From Silvanigrellaceae bacterium (lineage in GTDB: Bacteria; Bdellovibrionota_B; Oligoflexia; Silvanigrellales; Silvanigrellaceae), in assembly GCA_049423385.1 (NCBI GenBank), contig JBMSQQ010000056.1, positions 1 through 23,478 of the forward strand: a stretch of DNA of 23,478 nt, written 5' to 3'. The position numbers and the translations under genes are program-made. Below are positions 1-8,140 of the stretch, piece after piece. The notes under the pieces are model-generated. The model did no database searches and was not told the DNA's origin. It saw only the letters and a list, made by a program, of their open reading frames with translations. Positions within the stretch are counted from its first letter, which is position 1, and each line of letters begins with the position of its first letter.

Positions 1-2
1 GT

Positions 3-653
3 TTATTCAGATCCAGCCCGCTGCCGTTGCAGATGATTTTGTTGCGTTCGATTGATCATTTGGCATTGATGAACCCCGTGCCCGAAATTGTCATGATCGA
101 CATTCCAATCGGTTTGCCCAATCTAGGACAACGAAGATGCGATGCTGAGGCTCGAAAATTGTTGGGCCCGCGCCGGAGCAGCATTTTTCCGGCCCCCCTC
201 AGACCCGTGCTTTCCGCCAGAAGTTGGAAAGAAGCCTGCGATGTTCGACAGCAGATCGACGGACAAAAGATGAGCCTGCAAGCCTGGAACATCACCCACA
301 AGGTACGTGAAGTCGACGCACTTCTGCAGGCCAAGCTTCCGTTCCAAACGATCCTGCACGAGACGCATCCCGAACTTGCATTTGCTGTTTGGGCCGGTGA
401 GCCATTGGCTCATTCCAAAAAATCAGCAGATGGACGCGCAGAAAGGGCAAAACTGGTTTCGGCTTATTTCGGAGAAGAACAATTCCAATCGGTTCGGCAA
501 AAATTCAGACGCTCGGAAGTCGCTGACGACGACATTCTTGACGCATTTGCCGCGCTCTGGAGTGCAGAGCGACTTGCAGGGAAAAAGGCGCTGCTTCTTC
601 CTCGGGAAGTGGAAAAGGACGACACCGGGGTTGTCATGCAAATCATCATTTGA
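3..653 (+). CDS. DUF429 family protein (predicted RNase H-like nuclease), 5'-truncated by the window edge
   Basis: The frame is open from base 3. Motifs IDIPIGL, R-x-CD-x-EAR-x-LLG-x-R-x-SS-x-F-x-AP, ETHPEL-x-F and DD-x-LDA are characteristic of DUF429. Confidence 0.85.
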   Translation, partial: LFRSSPLPLQMILLRSIDHLALMNPVPEIVMIDIPIGLPNLGQRRCDAEARKLLGPRRSSIFPAPLRPVLSARSWKEACDVRQQIDGQKMSLQAWNITHKVREVDALLQAKLPFQTILHETHPELAFAVWAGEPLAHSKKSADGRAERAKLVSAYFGEEQFQSVRQKFRRSEVADDDILDAFAALWSAERLAGKKALLLPREVEKDDTGVVMQIII

Positions 654-731
654 GGACTCTTACCTATTTTCTCCGGATGCTGCTATCCTTTTTGCAAATC
701 GAATTCACATTTGACATTTGCATCAGGGAGC

Positions 732-1313
732 ATGCCCTTGAAAATCAAAGCCCAGAAATCAAATACACTTTCTGCCGAAGAGCAGAAAAAACTGCTTCAG
801 CTTCTCAAGCAACGATTTGAAAGCAATGTTTTGCGCCACAAGGGAATCCTGTGGACCACTGTTGAATCACGGCTGAAAGATCAACCCGGGAAAGCATGGT
901 CGCTGGCAAAAATGGAAGAATCCGGCGGCGAACCGGATGTTGTCGGCTGCGACTCCAAAACAGGGGAGATTCTGTTTTTCGATTGTTCAGCAGAAACTCC
1001 CTCAGGGCGACGCAGTCTTTGTTACGACCGCAAAGCCCTAGATGCCCGAAAGGAAAACAAGCCGAAATCAAACGCATTTGAAGAAGCGGCAACGATGGGA
1101 ATTGAAATCCTGGATGAAGAACAATACCGCTTCCTCCAGAGTCTTGGAAAATTCGACTCCAAGACCTCAAGCTGGGTGAAAACCCCAAGTTCAATTCGCG
1201 AACTGGGTGGAGCCATTTTTTGTGATTTCAGATTTGGACGCGTCTTCACTTACCACAACGGCGCAGAATCATATTACGCAGGAAGAGGTTTCCGCGGAGT
1301 TTTGCGGGTATGA
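732..1313 (+). CDS. DUF4256 domain-containing protein
   Basis: Motifs RF-x-x-N-x-x-RH, ME-x-SGGEPDVV, DCS-x-E-x-P-x-GRRSLCYD, FD-x-KTSSW, IR-x-LGGA-x-FCD and YHNGAESYY-x-x-RGFRG. The start is uncertain: ATG 732, or TTG 738 with AGGGAG at 725-730. Confidence 0.88.
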   Translation: MPLKIKAQKSNTLSAEEQKKLLQLLKQRFESNVLRHKGILWTTVESRLKDQPGKAWSLAKMEESGGEPDVVGCDSKTGEILFFDCSAETPSGRRSLCYDRKALDARKENKPKSNAFEEAATMGIEILDEEQYRFLQSLGKFDSKTSSWVKTPSSIRELGGAIFCDFRFGRVFTYHNGAESYYAGRGFRGVLRV

Positions 1314-1334
1314 ATAACGAATCTTTGAAAACAG

Positions 1335-1365
1335 TCGAGATTCGCTGGACTCTTCCAGACCTCGA
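1335..1365. terminator. Possible hairpin between convergent genes
   Basis: Outer arms TCGAG (1335-1339) and CTCGA (1361-1365), inner arms CTGGA (1345-1349) and TCCAG (1354-1358). No clear U-tract. Confidence 0.25.
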
Positions 1366-1412
1366 GCCCGCCCAGGGAAAACCAAATTGAAGTGTAATTG
1401 AAAAACGCGTCA

Positions 1413-2270
1413 TCACCTGACTGAATTTTGAGACGAAGCCTCGTTTTCAAGAACTGCCAAGAACCTTTTTGCAGCTGTTCTGCGCACAGAATTTCTCTTG
1501 TTGTAGGTCTTCTCTTCAAGCCTGTCGATTCTGGACTGGTTTCGCGGGTGCTTGCTCAACAGGGTTGCCGTGTTGGGAATTCTTTCAATCACCTTCTGCA
1601 AGGCATTGGGTGCATAACCAGCCCGGATCAGGATTTCAATCGCGGCATCGTCTGCATCCCTTTCCTGTCCTTTGTTGAAGGCGATATCAACTCCGCTCGC
1701 AACGGCTTCAGAAAAAGCTGAAACCATGGCTGAATTCGGGCTGAGACTACCAACGTGCTGAAGGACCGACTTGGCGAATGCCATCTGGTTTGCAGCCTTG
1801 ATGTTTTCTTCATGATGCTTCAAAGCCACATGACCAATTTCATGAGCCAGTATCGCGGCCATCTCGTCCTCGTTCCGAGCCGACTTCATCATCCCGATGG
1901 ACAACAAAACAAACCCACCTGGAGCCGACATTGCGACGGGCAACGAATCGTCTGTCACCACAAACCGATAACCCTTGAAGACCGTCGTTCGCGTCGAATG
2001 TAGAGCCAGATACTGTCCCAATTGATTGATGTAGGTCTGCAAATTTTCCGAATTGTGGGCGGGACGTTCGGTAAGAGCACGCGCCATGATGCTGCGGCCC
2101 AGAAAATATTCCTGTCGTGGGGTCAGGTCTGCAGCAGCCTTCACAAGGGTCTCTGAGCCTAAAGCCTCGCCAACATTGACCGTTGCCCTTTTGATCGACT
2201 GGCAAGAAACAACAATCAGGCAAAGCAGGGGGATTGAAATTGCAAATGTCAACTTATTCGAGAAGATCAC
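1413..2270 (-). CDS. M48 family zinc metallopeptidase (BepA/LoiP-like), predicted lipoprotein
   Basis: Lipobox-like LIVVSC. A-x-S-x-PGG-x-V, E-x-AA-x-LAHEIGH (HExxH), QE-x-x-AD third zinc ligand, AGY-x-P, and HP-x4-R motifs. GTG start overlaps the upstream SH3 gene. Confidence 0.9.
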   Translation of the reverse strand: MIFSNKLTFAISIPLLCLIVVSCQSIKRATVNVGEALGSETLVKAAADLTPRQEYFLGRSIMARALTERPAHNSENLQTYINQLGQYLALHSTRTTVFKGYRFVVTDDSLPVAMSAPGGFVLLSIGMMKSARNEDEMAAILAHEIGHVALKHHEENIKAANQMAFAKSVLQHVGSLSPNSAMVSAFSEAVASGVDIAFNKGQERDADDAAIEILIRAGYAPNALQKVIERIPNTATLLSKHPRNQSRIDRLEEKTYNKRNSVRRTAAKRFLAVLENEASSQNSVR

Positions 2271-2772
2271 TGCTAACCCTCACTTTTCGAGCAAATTTGA
2301 ACAATTCAATCTCCTTGAATGCAAGTTTCTCCATATCATCAACCGCGGAGTAGTTCAGTTTGCCATTCGATTCCTTCATCATCGCCTCATACTCTGGCGA
2401 GAAACCCTTGCCTGCAGTCACAACGTCATTCTTGTACGTCTCCATTGTGGCTTTTTTTCCACGGCCCAAATCCTTGAGCACGTATTCCGAATCCTGCAAT
2501 GCAGACTTCTGAACCCACCCGATTTTTTTGCCCGCCATGATCTTCAGCCAACCCCTGTCGTGCTCGAGGATTTGCACGATTGTGCCGTAAGGAAACTTGC
2601 CCACGGCTTTGGAGAGAAATCCCGGCGACTCACGCAACACTGCCTCAGCCACTGCGATGGCTTGCCTTTCCTCGCTGGCAATTCCATTTTTCGAAACGGA
2701 AAAAACCAATGCCAAGAAGAGAAAACAAAGGCACCATCTTTTTTTACTTCGTATCAAATTGCCAGGCACCAT
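2254..2772 (-). CDS. Secreted SH3b domain-containing protein
   Basis: Signal peptide, then LRE-x-P...G-x-x-V-x-ILE...W-x-KI...GWV (bacterial SH3). C-terminal helical region AGKGFSPEYE...YSAVDDME. Confidence 0.8.
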   Translation of the reverse strand: MVPGNLIRSKKRWCLCFLFLALVFSVSKNGIASEERQAIAVAEAVLRESPGFLSKAVGKFPYGTIVQILEHDRGWLKIMAGKKIGWVQKSALQDSEYVLKDLGRGKKATMETYKNDVVTAGKGFSPEYEAMMKESNGKLNYSAVDDMEKLAFKEIELFKFARKVRVSSDLLE

Positions 2773-4690
2773 TCTTCCATTCCTTCAATTCACCCATTTC
2801 AACTGCAAGCCGACTTCTCTCTTTCAGCACCGCAGCTGGTGGAAAAACAACGCTTTCAAGATGGCTCAGTGCACCTTGCCAGTCGCCACGATAATAACAA
2901 TCGCGACCGTTCGTGAAAGACTTCAACTGCTGTCGATCTGACGGCGCGGCATACGTGTAGACACGGGTTGCGTTTGACTTTCCCTTGACGATCACCTTGT
3001 CGATTTCAACGATACCCGGCATGTCGAGCGCCGCAGCCGCCAAAATGCATTCTTCGCTCACGATAAGCGAAACTCCGTATGCCTTGCAAAGACCTTCCAA
3101 TCGGGCTGAGAGATTTACGGTGTCTCCGACTGCAGTATAATTGTGCCTGTGCCTCGCTCCTATGTTGCCAACAATCGCTGGCCCTGAATGCAAACCGACG
3201 CGTGTTCCCAAAGGCTTCAAGTCTGGACGACTTCTTTCCAGCTTTTCGTTGAAACGCTCCGCTGCCTTGTGGAAATTGATTGCCGTGGTCAGCGCGAGAT
3301 ATGCATGATTCGGCTGCTGCAGAGGCGCTCCCCAGATCGCCATCACGGCGTCGCCGATGAATTTGTCAACATAACCCGAGCCTGTGGTGACAAGATTCAC
3401 TACTTCATCGAAATATCCGTTGAGCACTTCCACCAGCTCGGTTGGTGTCAATCGTTCCGATAGTTCGGTGAAACCCACCAGGTCTGAAAACAAAACGCTG
3501 ACAATCCGGTTTTCCCCGAATCGCGAGACCTCAACCTCTCCGCGCCGGATGAGTTCCACCATCTCCGGTGACATGGAATGCTTGACCATCCCAGCCAATC
3601 TCAACTGATCTCGCCAGACAATTCGAAATACAAAAAAGAACTCACTACCGCCTGCCACAAGGGATGAAATCGCCAAGGGTATGGGAGAAAGCCACAAGTT
3701 GAACTTCCAAAACAGAAGGCTGACAAGCGAGCACAAACCAAGACTTAAAAAAACCAAGCCCCCCATGGCCCACGAACGAACACGTCTGGCCAGGATGATG
3801 ACCACGCTGAGCAATGCAAAGAGGAAACAGAGGCCAACACCCACAATCTTGTTGACGTCGCGCAGTCCCTCTCCCTGCAGGATGTTGGCAACTGCAGTTG
3901 CAGGAATGACCATTCCAGGCGCCTGCCTATCGACCGGAATGGGTTTGAGATCGTAGAGGCCAGGTGCAGTGTATCCCACAAACCAGACCTTGTTTTTAAA
4001 ATTCGAGAAATCGAAAGTCGTGGGTATCCCCTCTTCAATCTCGTTGTAGGCCTTGACGACATCGTAAAGTGAGACGTGTGGAAAACTCGTTTCGCGGTAG
4101 TTCCTCAGATAATGAGGTGCTGCAGGAAGGTCATGCGGACGCAACACCTGGTGAACGACATTTGCGAAACTGTTTCCGCCCAGGTAGCGTCGAAAAACAC
4201 CATCGAAATCGTTTTGAGAATTCACGTCGCCAAATCCGGCAGCAACAGATGAAAGCAGCGGGATTGGCCCCTTGGTGTTTCCCGACATGTTTCCGGCAGG
4301 AAAAATCGCGGGAACACCAGATTCCTTCAACATCTGTGAAAACCAAACGTCATCCTGGTGTCCGGATGCCGAAGGTTCGCTGAAGATGATGTCAAAGACA
4401 AGCATTCTTGCCGAGGAGTGGGATGCCACTTTTGCAACCGCACCATAGATTTGCCTCGGAAATGGCCAGGAAATCATTCTTTCCTTGTCCGCAAGAAACC
4501 GGTCTATGGAAGTCTGATCGACGACCACGAATGCAACTTCTTCTTGTTTTTCCAATTGCGTTGCGCGCTGCAGAAAATCGAAAAATGCAAAGGACATCCG
4601 ATTTTCTGCAAAAAACAGCGAACCACCGGCAACAGATCCGAGGAAAACCAGTGCAGCGGAGACCAGGATTTTGCTGTGAAACAGGCTCAA
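2744..4690 (-). CDS. CHASE2 sensor domain class III adenylate cyclase
   Basis: CHASE2 motifs WPFPR, FDIIFSEPS, D-x-DGVFRRY and VG-x-TAPGL-x-D-x3-P. Three TM helices. Cyclase motifs LFSDLVGFT-x-LSE, DKFIGDAVMA, R-x-GLH-x-G-x3-VGNIG and YT-x-x-GD-x-VN-x-x-ARLE. Lys and Thr at the specificity positions point to ATP (class IIIb). Confidence 0.93.
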   Translation of the reverse strand: MSLFHSKILVSAALVFLGSVAGGSLFFAENRMSFAFFDFLQRATQLEKQEEVAFVVVDQTSIDRFLADKERMISWPFPRQIYGAVAKVASHSSARMLVFDIIFSEPSASGHQDDVWFSQMLKESGVPAIFPAGNMSGNTKGPIPLLSSVAAGFGDVNSQNDFDGVFRRYLGGNSFANVVHQVLRPHDLPAAPHYLRNYRETSFPHVSLYDVVKAYNEIEEGIPTTFDFSNFKNKVWFVGYTAPGLYDLKPIPVDRQAPGMVIPATAVANILQGEGLRDVNKIVGVGLCFLFALLSVVIILARRVRSWAMGGLVFLSLGLCSLVSLLFWKFNLWLSPIPLAISSLVAGGSEFFFVFRIVWRDQLRLAGMVKHSMSPEMVELIRRGEVEVSRFGENRIVSVLFSDLVGFTELSERLTPTELVEVLNGYFDEVVNLVTTGSGYVDKFIGDAVMAIWGAPLQQPNHAYLALTTAINFHKAAERFNEKLERSRPDLKPLGTRVGLHSGPAIVGNIGARHRHNYTAVGDTVNLSARLEGLCKAYGVSLIVSEECILAAAALDMPGIVEIDKVIVKGKSNATRVYTYAAPSDRQQLKSFTNGRDCYYRGDWQGALSHLESVVFPPAAVLKERSRLAVEMGELKEWKNGAWQFDTK

Positions 4691-4916
4691 TTTGAATCCA
4701 ATTCATTTTGGCCGAGCTGAATTTCGGAAACCGTTTTCCGCGAACATACCCAGACCCTTTCATTATGAACGAAATTTCTGCAGAGAGACGGCTTCAGGAA
4801 GCGTCAAAACAGTGCCGTATCCATGGATTGACACCGGGTTCTGTCGAAAAATTGAAACGCTATGGCAAAATTGAACAATTGTGCGTTCCTCTTGCGTATC
4901 GATGGGTGGTGGCAGA

Positions 4917-5534
4917 ATGCTGAATCAAAGACGACAACTTAAAAATTTCTGGCTGAATCCGGCTTATCAGGGAAAGTATATCGGCTCGCTGGTTGCATCT
5001 TCCCTGATTGTCATGTTTGCGTTTGGACTCGTATTCAATCTCATCGTCCGCGAGAACATCGAAATCGTTGCAGCAATCACCTCAATGCCAGACGCTTCGC
5101 AAAAAGAAATCTATGCTGAACTCGAGCGGCTTCTGGTTTATCTGGCGATCGCAGGATTTGTGTTTTTGGCCACAGTGGCTGGAATTGGACTTGTCTTCTC
5201 GCATCGGGCTGCAGGTCCGTTATTCAACGTCAAAGCCATTTGTCGGCAAATCGTCAACGGCGATTTGAACGCAAGAATCAACCTTAGACCCGAAGATGAG
5301 TTTCGAGACATTGCTGAATTCATCAACGCCAGTTTCGACAAAATCATGTTTCCAAACTCGAAGTGCTTGCTCCTGACAGAAGATTCCTCTTCTGAGCCAA
5401 TCAGCATCCCGGTGGAGCGATTGAAATCTTCTTTGGATGAAGGACGCCTCAAGCCAACAACGATGGTTAGAGATCCCTCGAATCCGGATGCACCGCCACA
5501 ATCATTGGCTGAAGCACTCAAAAAGTACTCATGA
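4917..5534 (+). CDS. Two-TM HAMP domain membrane protein with a short C-terminal extension
   Basis: N-terminal RR...P-x-YQ motif, two TM helices, and SHR-x-AGP-x-F...GD...I-x-LR-x-x-DEF-x-x-IA-x-x-IN (HAMP). No kinase or MCP domain follows. Confidence 0.8.
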   Translation: MLNQRRQLKNFWLNPAYQGKYIGSLVASSLIVMFAFGLVFNLIVRENIEIVAAITSMPDASQKEIYAELERLLVYLAIAGFVFLATVAGIGLVFSHRAAGPLFNVKAICRQIVNGDLNARINLRPEDEFRDIAEFINASFDKIMFPNSKCLLLTEDSSSEPISIPVERLKSSLDEGRLKPTTMVRDPSNPDAPPQSLAEALKKYS

Positions 5535-5594
5535 ACAAAGAGAACTTAAAAATAATTTGGATACATTTTGAATTTCAAAAAAACGGAGTGGATC

Positions 5595-6704
5595 ATGACA
5601 GAAAAGCAGGACTGGGTTGACGTTGGTAGCGTGGAAGAACTTTCAAAAAAGCCGTTGCAAGCCGTTTATGCCAACAAGACCCGGATAGCGGTCTCGTACA
5701 AGGACGGCGCCTTTGGAGCCATCTCTGGCGTCTGCAATCATGTGGGTGGCCCGCTGGGCGACGGCAAACTCGATGGTGAATTCGTCGAGTGCCCATGGCA
5801 CTTTTGGAAATTCGATCGCCGCACAGGAGTCGGTGAACCCGGTTTCGAACAAGACAAAGTGCCGGCATTCAGCACCAAGGTGGAGAACGGGCGACTGCTT
5901 GTGGATCTGGCCTCCGCGACCAAACGCACAAAGCAACCACATGAGCCACATCCCTTGGCGCGTCCTTTGAAACGTGAGCCCGGACCCATCCGTGTCATTG
6001 GAATCTCGACAACCAACATGACAGAAGGGCATCCACGCTTCTCAACCTCAGATGAATTGCTCGACGAGGCCCTTCAGCACGCCAAGGCATCGGGAATGGA
6101 AACCCGACTTGTGCGACTGCGCGATTTGAAGTTTCGCGCTTGTGAAGGCTTTTATTCGAAGTCGGCGAAAGCATGCACCTGGCCCTGTTCCATCACACAA
6201 ATGGATCCCACGGACGAACTCGACCAAGTCTATGAAGCAATTGTGCACTGGGCCGACATTTACATCATTGCAACGCCCATCCGCTGGGGCGCTGCGAGCA
6301 GCCTCTACTTCAAAATGGTCGAGCGGATGAATTGCATTCAAAACCAAAACACCATCGCGCACAAATCAGTTCTCAAGAACAAGACGGCGGGATTCATCAT
6401 CACCGGCGGCCAAGACAACATCCAGGGCACTGCCGGCCAGATGCTGGGATTCTTCTCGGAACTTGGGGTCCAGTTTCCGCAATACCCCTACGTCGCACAC
6501 TCACGTGGTTGGAATGCCGAAGACATGGAAAACAACATACGCGCCGTGGCCGAAGGAAAGTCGCTGCGTGAAGGCTCGCGGGCACTCGTTGATCGATGTG
6601 CCGAGATGGCAAAGCTGATGGTTGCCGGCACCCTGACCGAACAACCGCTGGTGCTGGGAGGACGCAAGGCACATCGTCCATCGGTAACACCCTCCGAAGA
6701 ATAA
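5595..6704 (+). CDS. Rieske [2Fe-2S] ferredoxin fused to an NADPH-dependent FMN reductase / iron-sulfur flavoprotein-like domain
   Basis: Rieske ligands CNH and CPWH. Flavodoxin-fold motifs ATPIRWG-x-x-SS, ERMN and G-x-IITGG-x-D. Cys motif CEGFYSKSAKACTWPC. RBS GGAG at 5585-5588 precedes ATG 5595. Confidence 0.88.
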   Translation: MTEKQDWVDVGSVEELSKKPLQAVYANKTRIAVSYKDGAFGAISGVCNHVGGPLGDGKLDGEFVECPWHFWKFDRRTGVGEPGFEQDKVPAFSTKVENGRLLVDLASATKRTKQPHEPHPLARPLKREPGPIRVIGISTTNMTEGHPRFSTSDELLDEALQHAKASGMETRLVRLRDLKFRACEGFYSKSAKACTWPCSITQMDPTDELDQVYEAIVHWADIYIIATPIRWGAASSLYFKMVERMNCIQNQNTIAHKSVLKNKTAGFIITGGQDNIQGTAGQMLGFFSELGVQFPQYPYVAHSRGWNAEDMENNIRAVAEGKSLREGSRALVDRCAEMAKLMVAGTLTEQPLVLGGRKAHRPSVTPSEE

Positions 6705-6723
6705 GTCCCAGGGGAGTTTGCCA

Positions 6724-8079
6724 ATGCCGCATATCGCACGATTAGCCTTTGTTCTTTCGCTGGCATGCTCCGCCTGTGTGCCAAGGTCTTTCAACCGATC
6801 TGAAAAAAGTCAGCTCAACGAGGCTTCGCAAGATTTTGCACGATGGTTCGCGGATTTGCCTTCAGGGCCTGTCGCCAACTATGAATTGATGTCGCGGGTG
6901 GTTTTCCACAAAGTTGGTTCAGAACTGCTTCCCGAATTCAACAGCAAGACAATTCCAGAGGCAAAAATTGAAAAGCGAATTGAGGTGACAAACACAGGCG
7001 GCAACAAAGGCAGCGCCGACGGTGGTGTCAGCATGGTCTGGATGCGCGACTATTTTCCCTTTGTCATCAAAAGCTCCGCTCCCGACGCGGGAGGCAAAGC
7101 GCGCTACATTCCTTATCTTTCCATCAATCCAGCGCGCAACAAGTTCTCAGCAAATTTGGGCGCAAATTCCAGCCCAGGACTGCTCAATCCGATTGTTGTT
7201 GCGATTGACAGCGAGTCGATTGGATCAGAGCGCGAAACAGTTTCCAGTTTGCAGATGCCTCTGGTTATTGAGGGAGGAAACCTTGTTGCAACAGGTGATC
7301 ATCTTATCCTGACGGATCATGTTTTCCTTCAAAATTCTCCGGAATACACGAAATACCTGAGTCGATCCGGCAAAAACTTCACGCGGGAAGCACTTGAAAA
7401 GATTTACCAGGACAATGGTTTTTACAAGGAAAACAGTCGCGGCGAGAAATTTGAATTTCGTTCGCCGGAACAGGTGAAAGCCGTGTTGTCGAGCTATCTC
7501 GAGGTCGACCCTTCGAAATTGATTTTTCTTCCTGCTCTTCCAGGAGAGGGCACGCATCACGTCGACCTCTTCGTTCTTGCCGTCGGCAAGAAAAATCTAA
7601 TGGTTCCGGAAATCACCGAAGAGGGAATTGCGACCTTGGCCTTTGAACAGGAAAAGGCACTCGCAAGAACAGCGATGGATTTTCTAAATTCGCAAGCGCG
7701 CCTGTTGAGCTCACAATACGGTTATACGGTCGACAGGCTCCCGATGGTTCCTCCAGTCTGGCAGTCGGAAGTCGGCGGCGAGAAACAGGCCGTATTTTTC
7801 AGCCCGGCGAATTCACTTTTGGCAAACCTTGGCGCAGACCGGAAGAAGATATTTCTGCCGCACTTTGAGGTTCCATCAGATTGGGGCGAGCCTTTCCGCG
7901 CCTACTCGGCCCAGGTTGAACAACAGTGGAAAAAGTATTTTGAAGACAAAGGATGGCAACCCTCATTCGTGACAGCCAACAAGGCAGCTCGTGCCTTTGG
8001 GCTCATTCGTTGTCTTACGGCTGTCGTGCCTTTCATTTCGGAAAGGCAGATGCTTAGGTTTGCCAAATTGGGCTACTGA
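6724..8079 (+). CDS. Agmatine deiminase / peptidylarginine deiminase family (pentein) lipoprotein
   Basis: Lipobox LACSAC. Pentein catalytic motifs W-x-RDY-x-P, EGGN, H-V-D and G-x-I-R-C-L-T (catalytic Cys at 8011-8013). RBS GGGGAG at 6711-6716. Confidence 0.8.
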   Translation: MPHIARLAFVLSLACSACVPRSFNRSEKSQLNEASQDFARWFADLPSGPVANYELMSRVVFHKVGSELLPEFNSKTIPEAKIEKRIEVTNTGGNKGSADGGVSMVWMRDYFPFVIKSSAPDAGGKARYIPYLSINPARNKFSANLGANSSPGLLNPIVVAIDSESIGSERETVSSLQMPLVIEGGNLVATGDHLILTDHVFLQNSPEYTKYLSRSGKNFTREALEKIYQDNGFYKENSRGEKFEFRSPEQVKAVLSSYLEVDPSKLIFLPALPGEGTHHVDLFVLAVGKKNLMVPEITEEGIATLAFEQEKALARTAMDFLNSQARLLSSQYGYTVDRLPMVPPVWQSEVGGEKQAVFFSPANSLLANLGADRKKIFLPHFEVPSDWGEPFRAYSAQVEQQWKKYFEDKGWQPSFVTANKAARAFGLIRCLTAVVPFISERQMLRFAKLGY

Positions 8080-8140
8080 GCAACGCACTGAAGTTCGCAG
8101 TATGCGCGCTAATTCTTATCGCAAACGGGAGTTTTCAAGG

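Noticed and set aside
2053..2916. 287-aa plus-strand ORF
   Set aside because: It is antisense to three motif-supported genes and has no recognisable motifs, so it is a shadow ORF.
7991..8140. N-terminal extension of the transglutaminase ORF overlapping the deiminase gene
   Set aside because: The signal peptide and RBS place the start at 8141. Similar upstream extensions were trimmed for other ORFs (14830, 16341, 19517, 21966, 22870).
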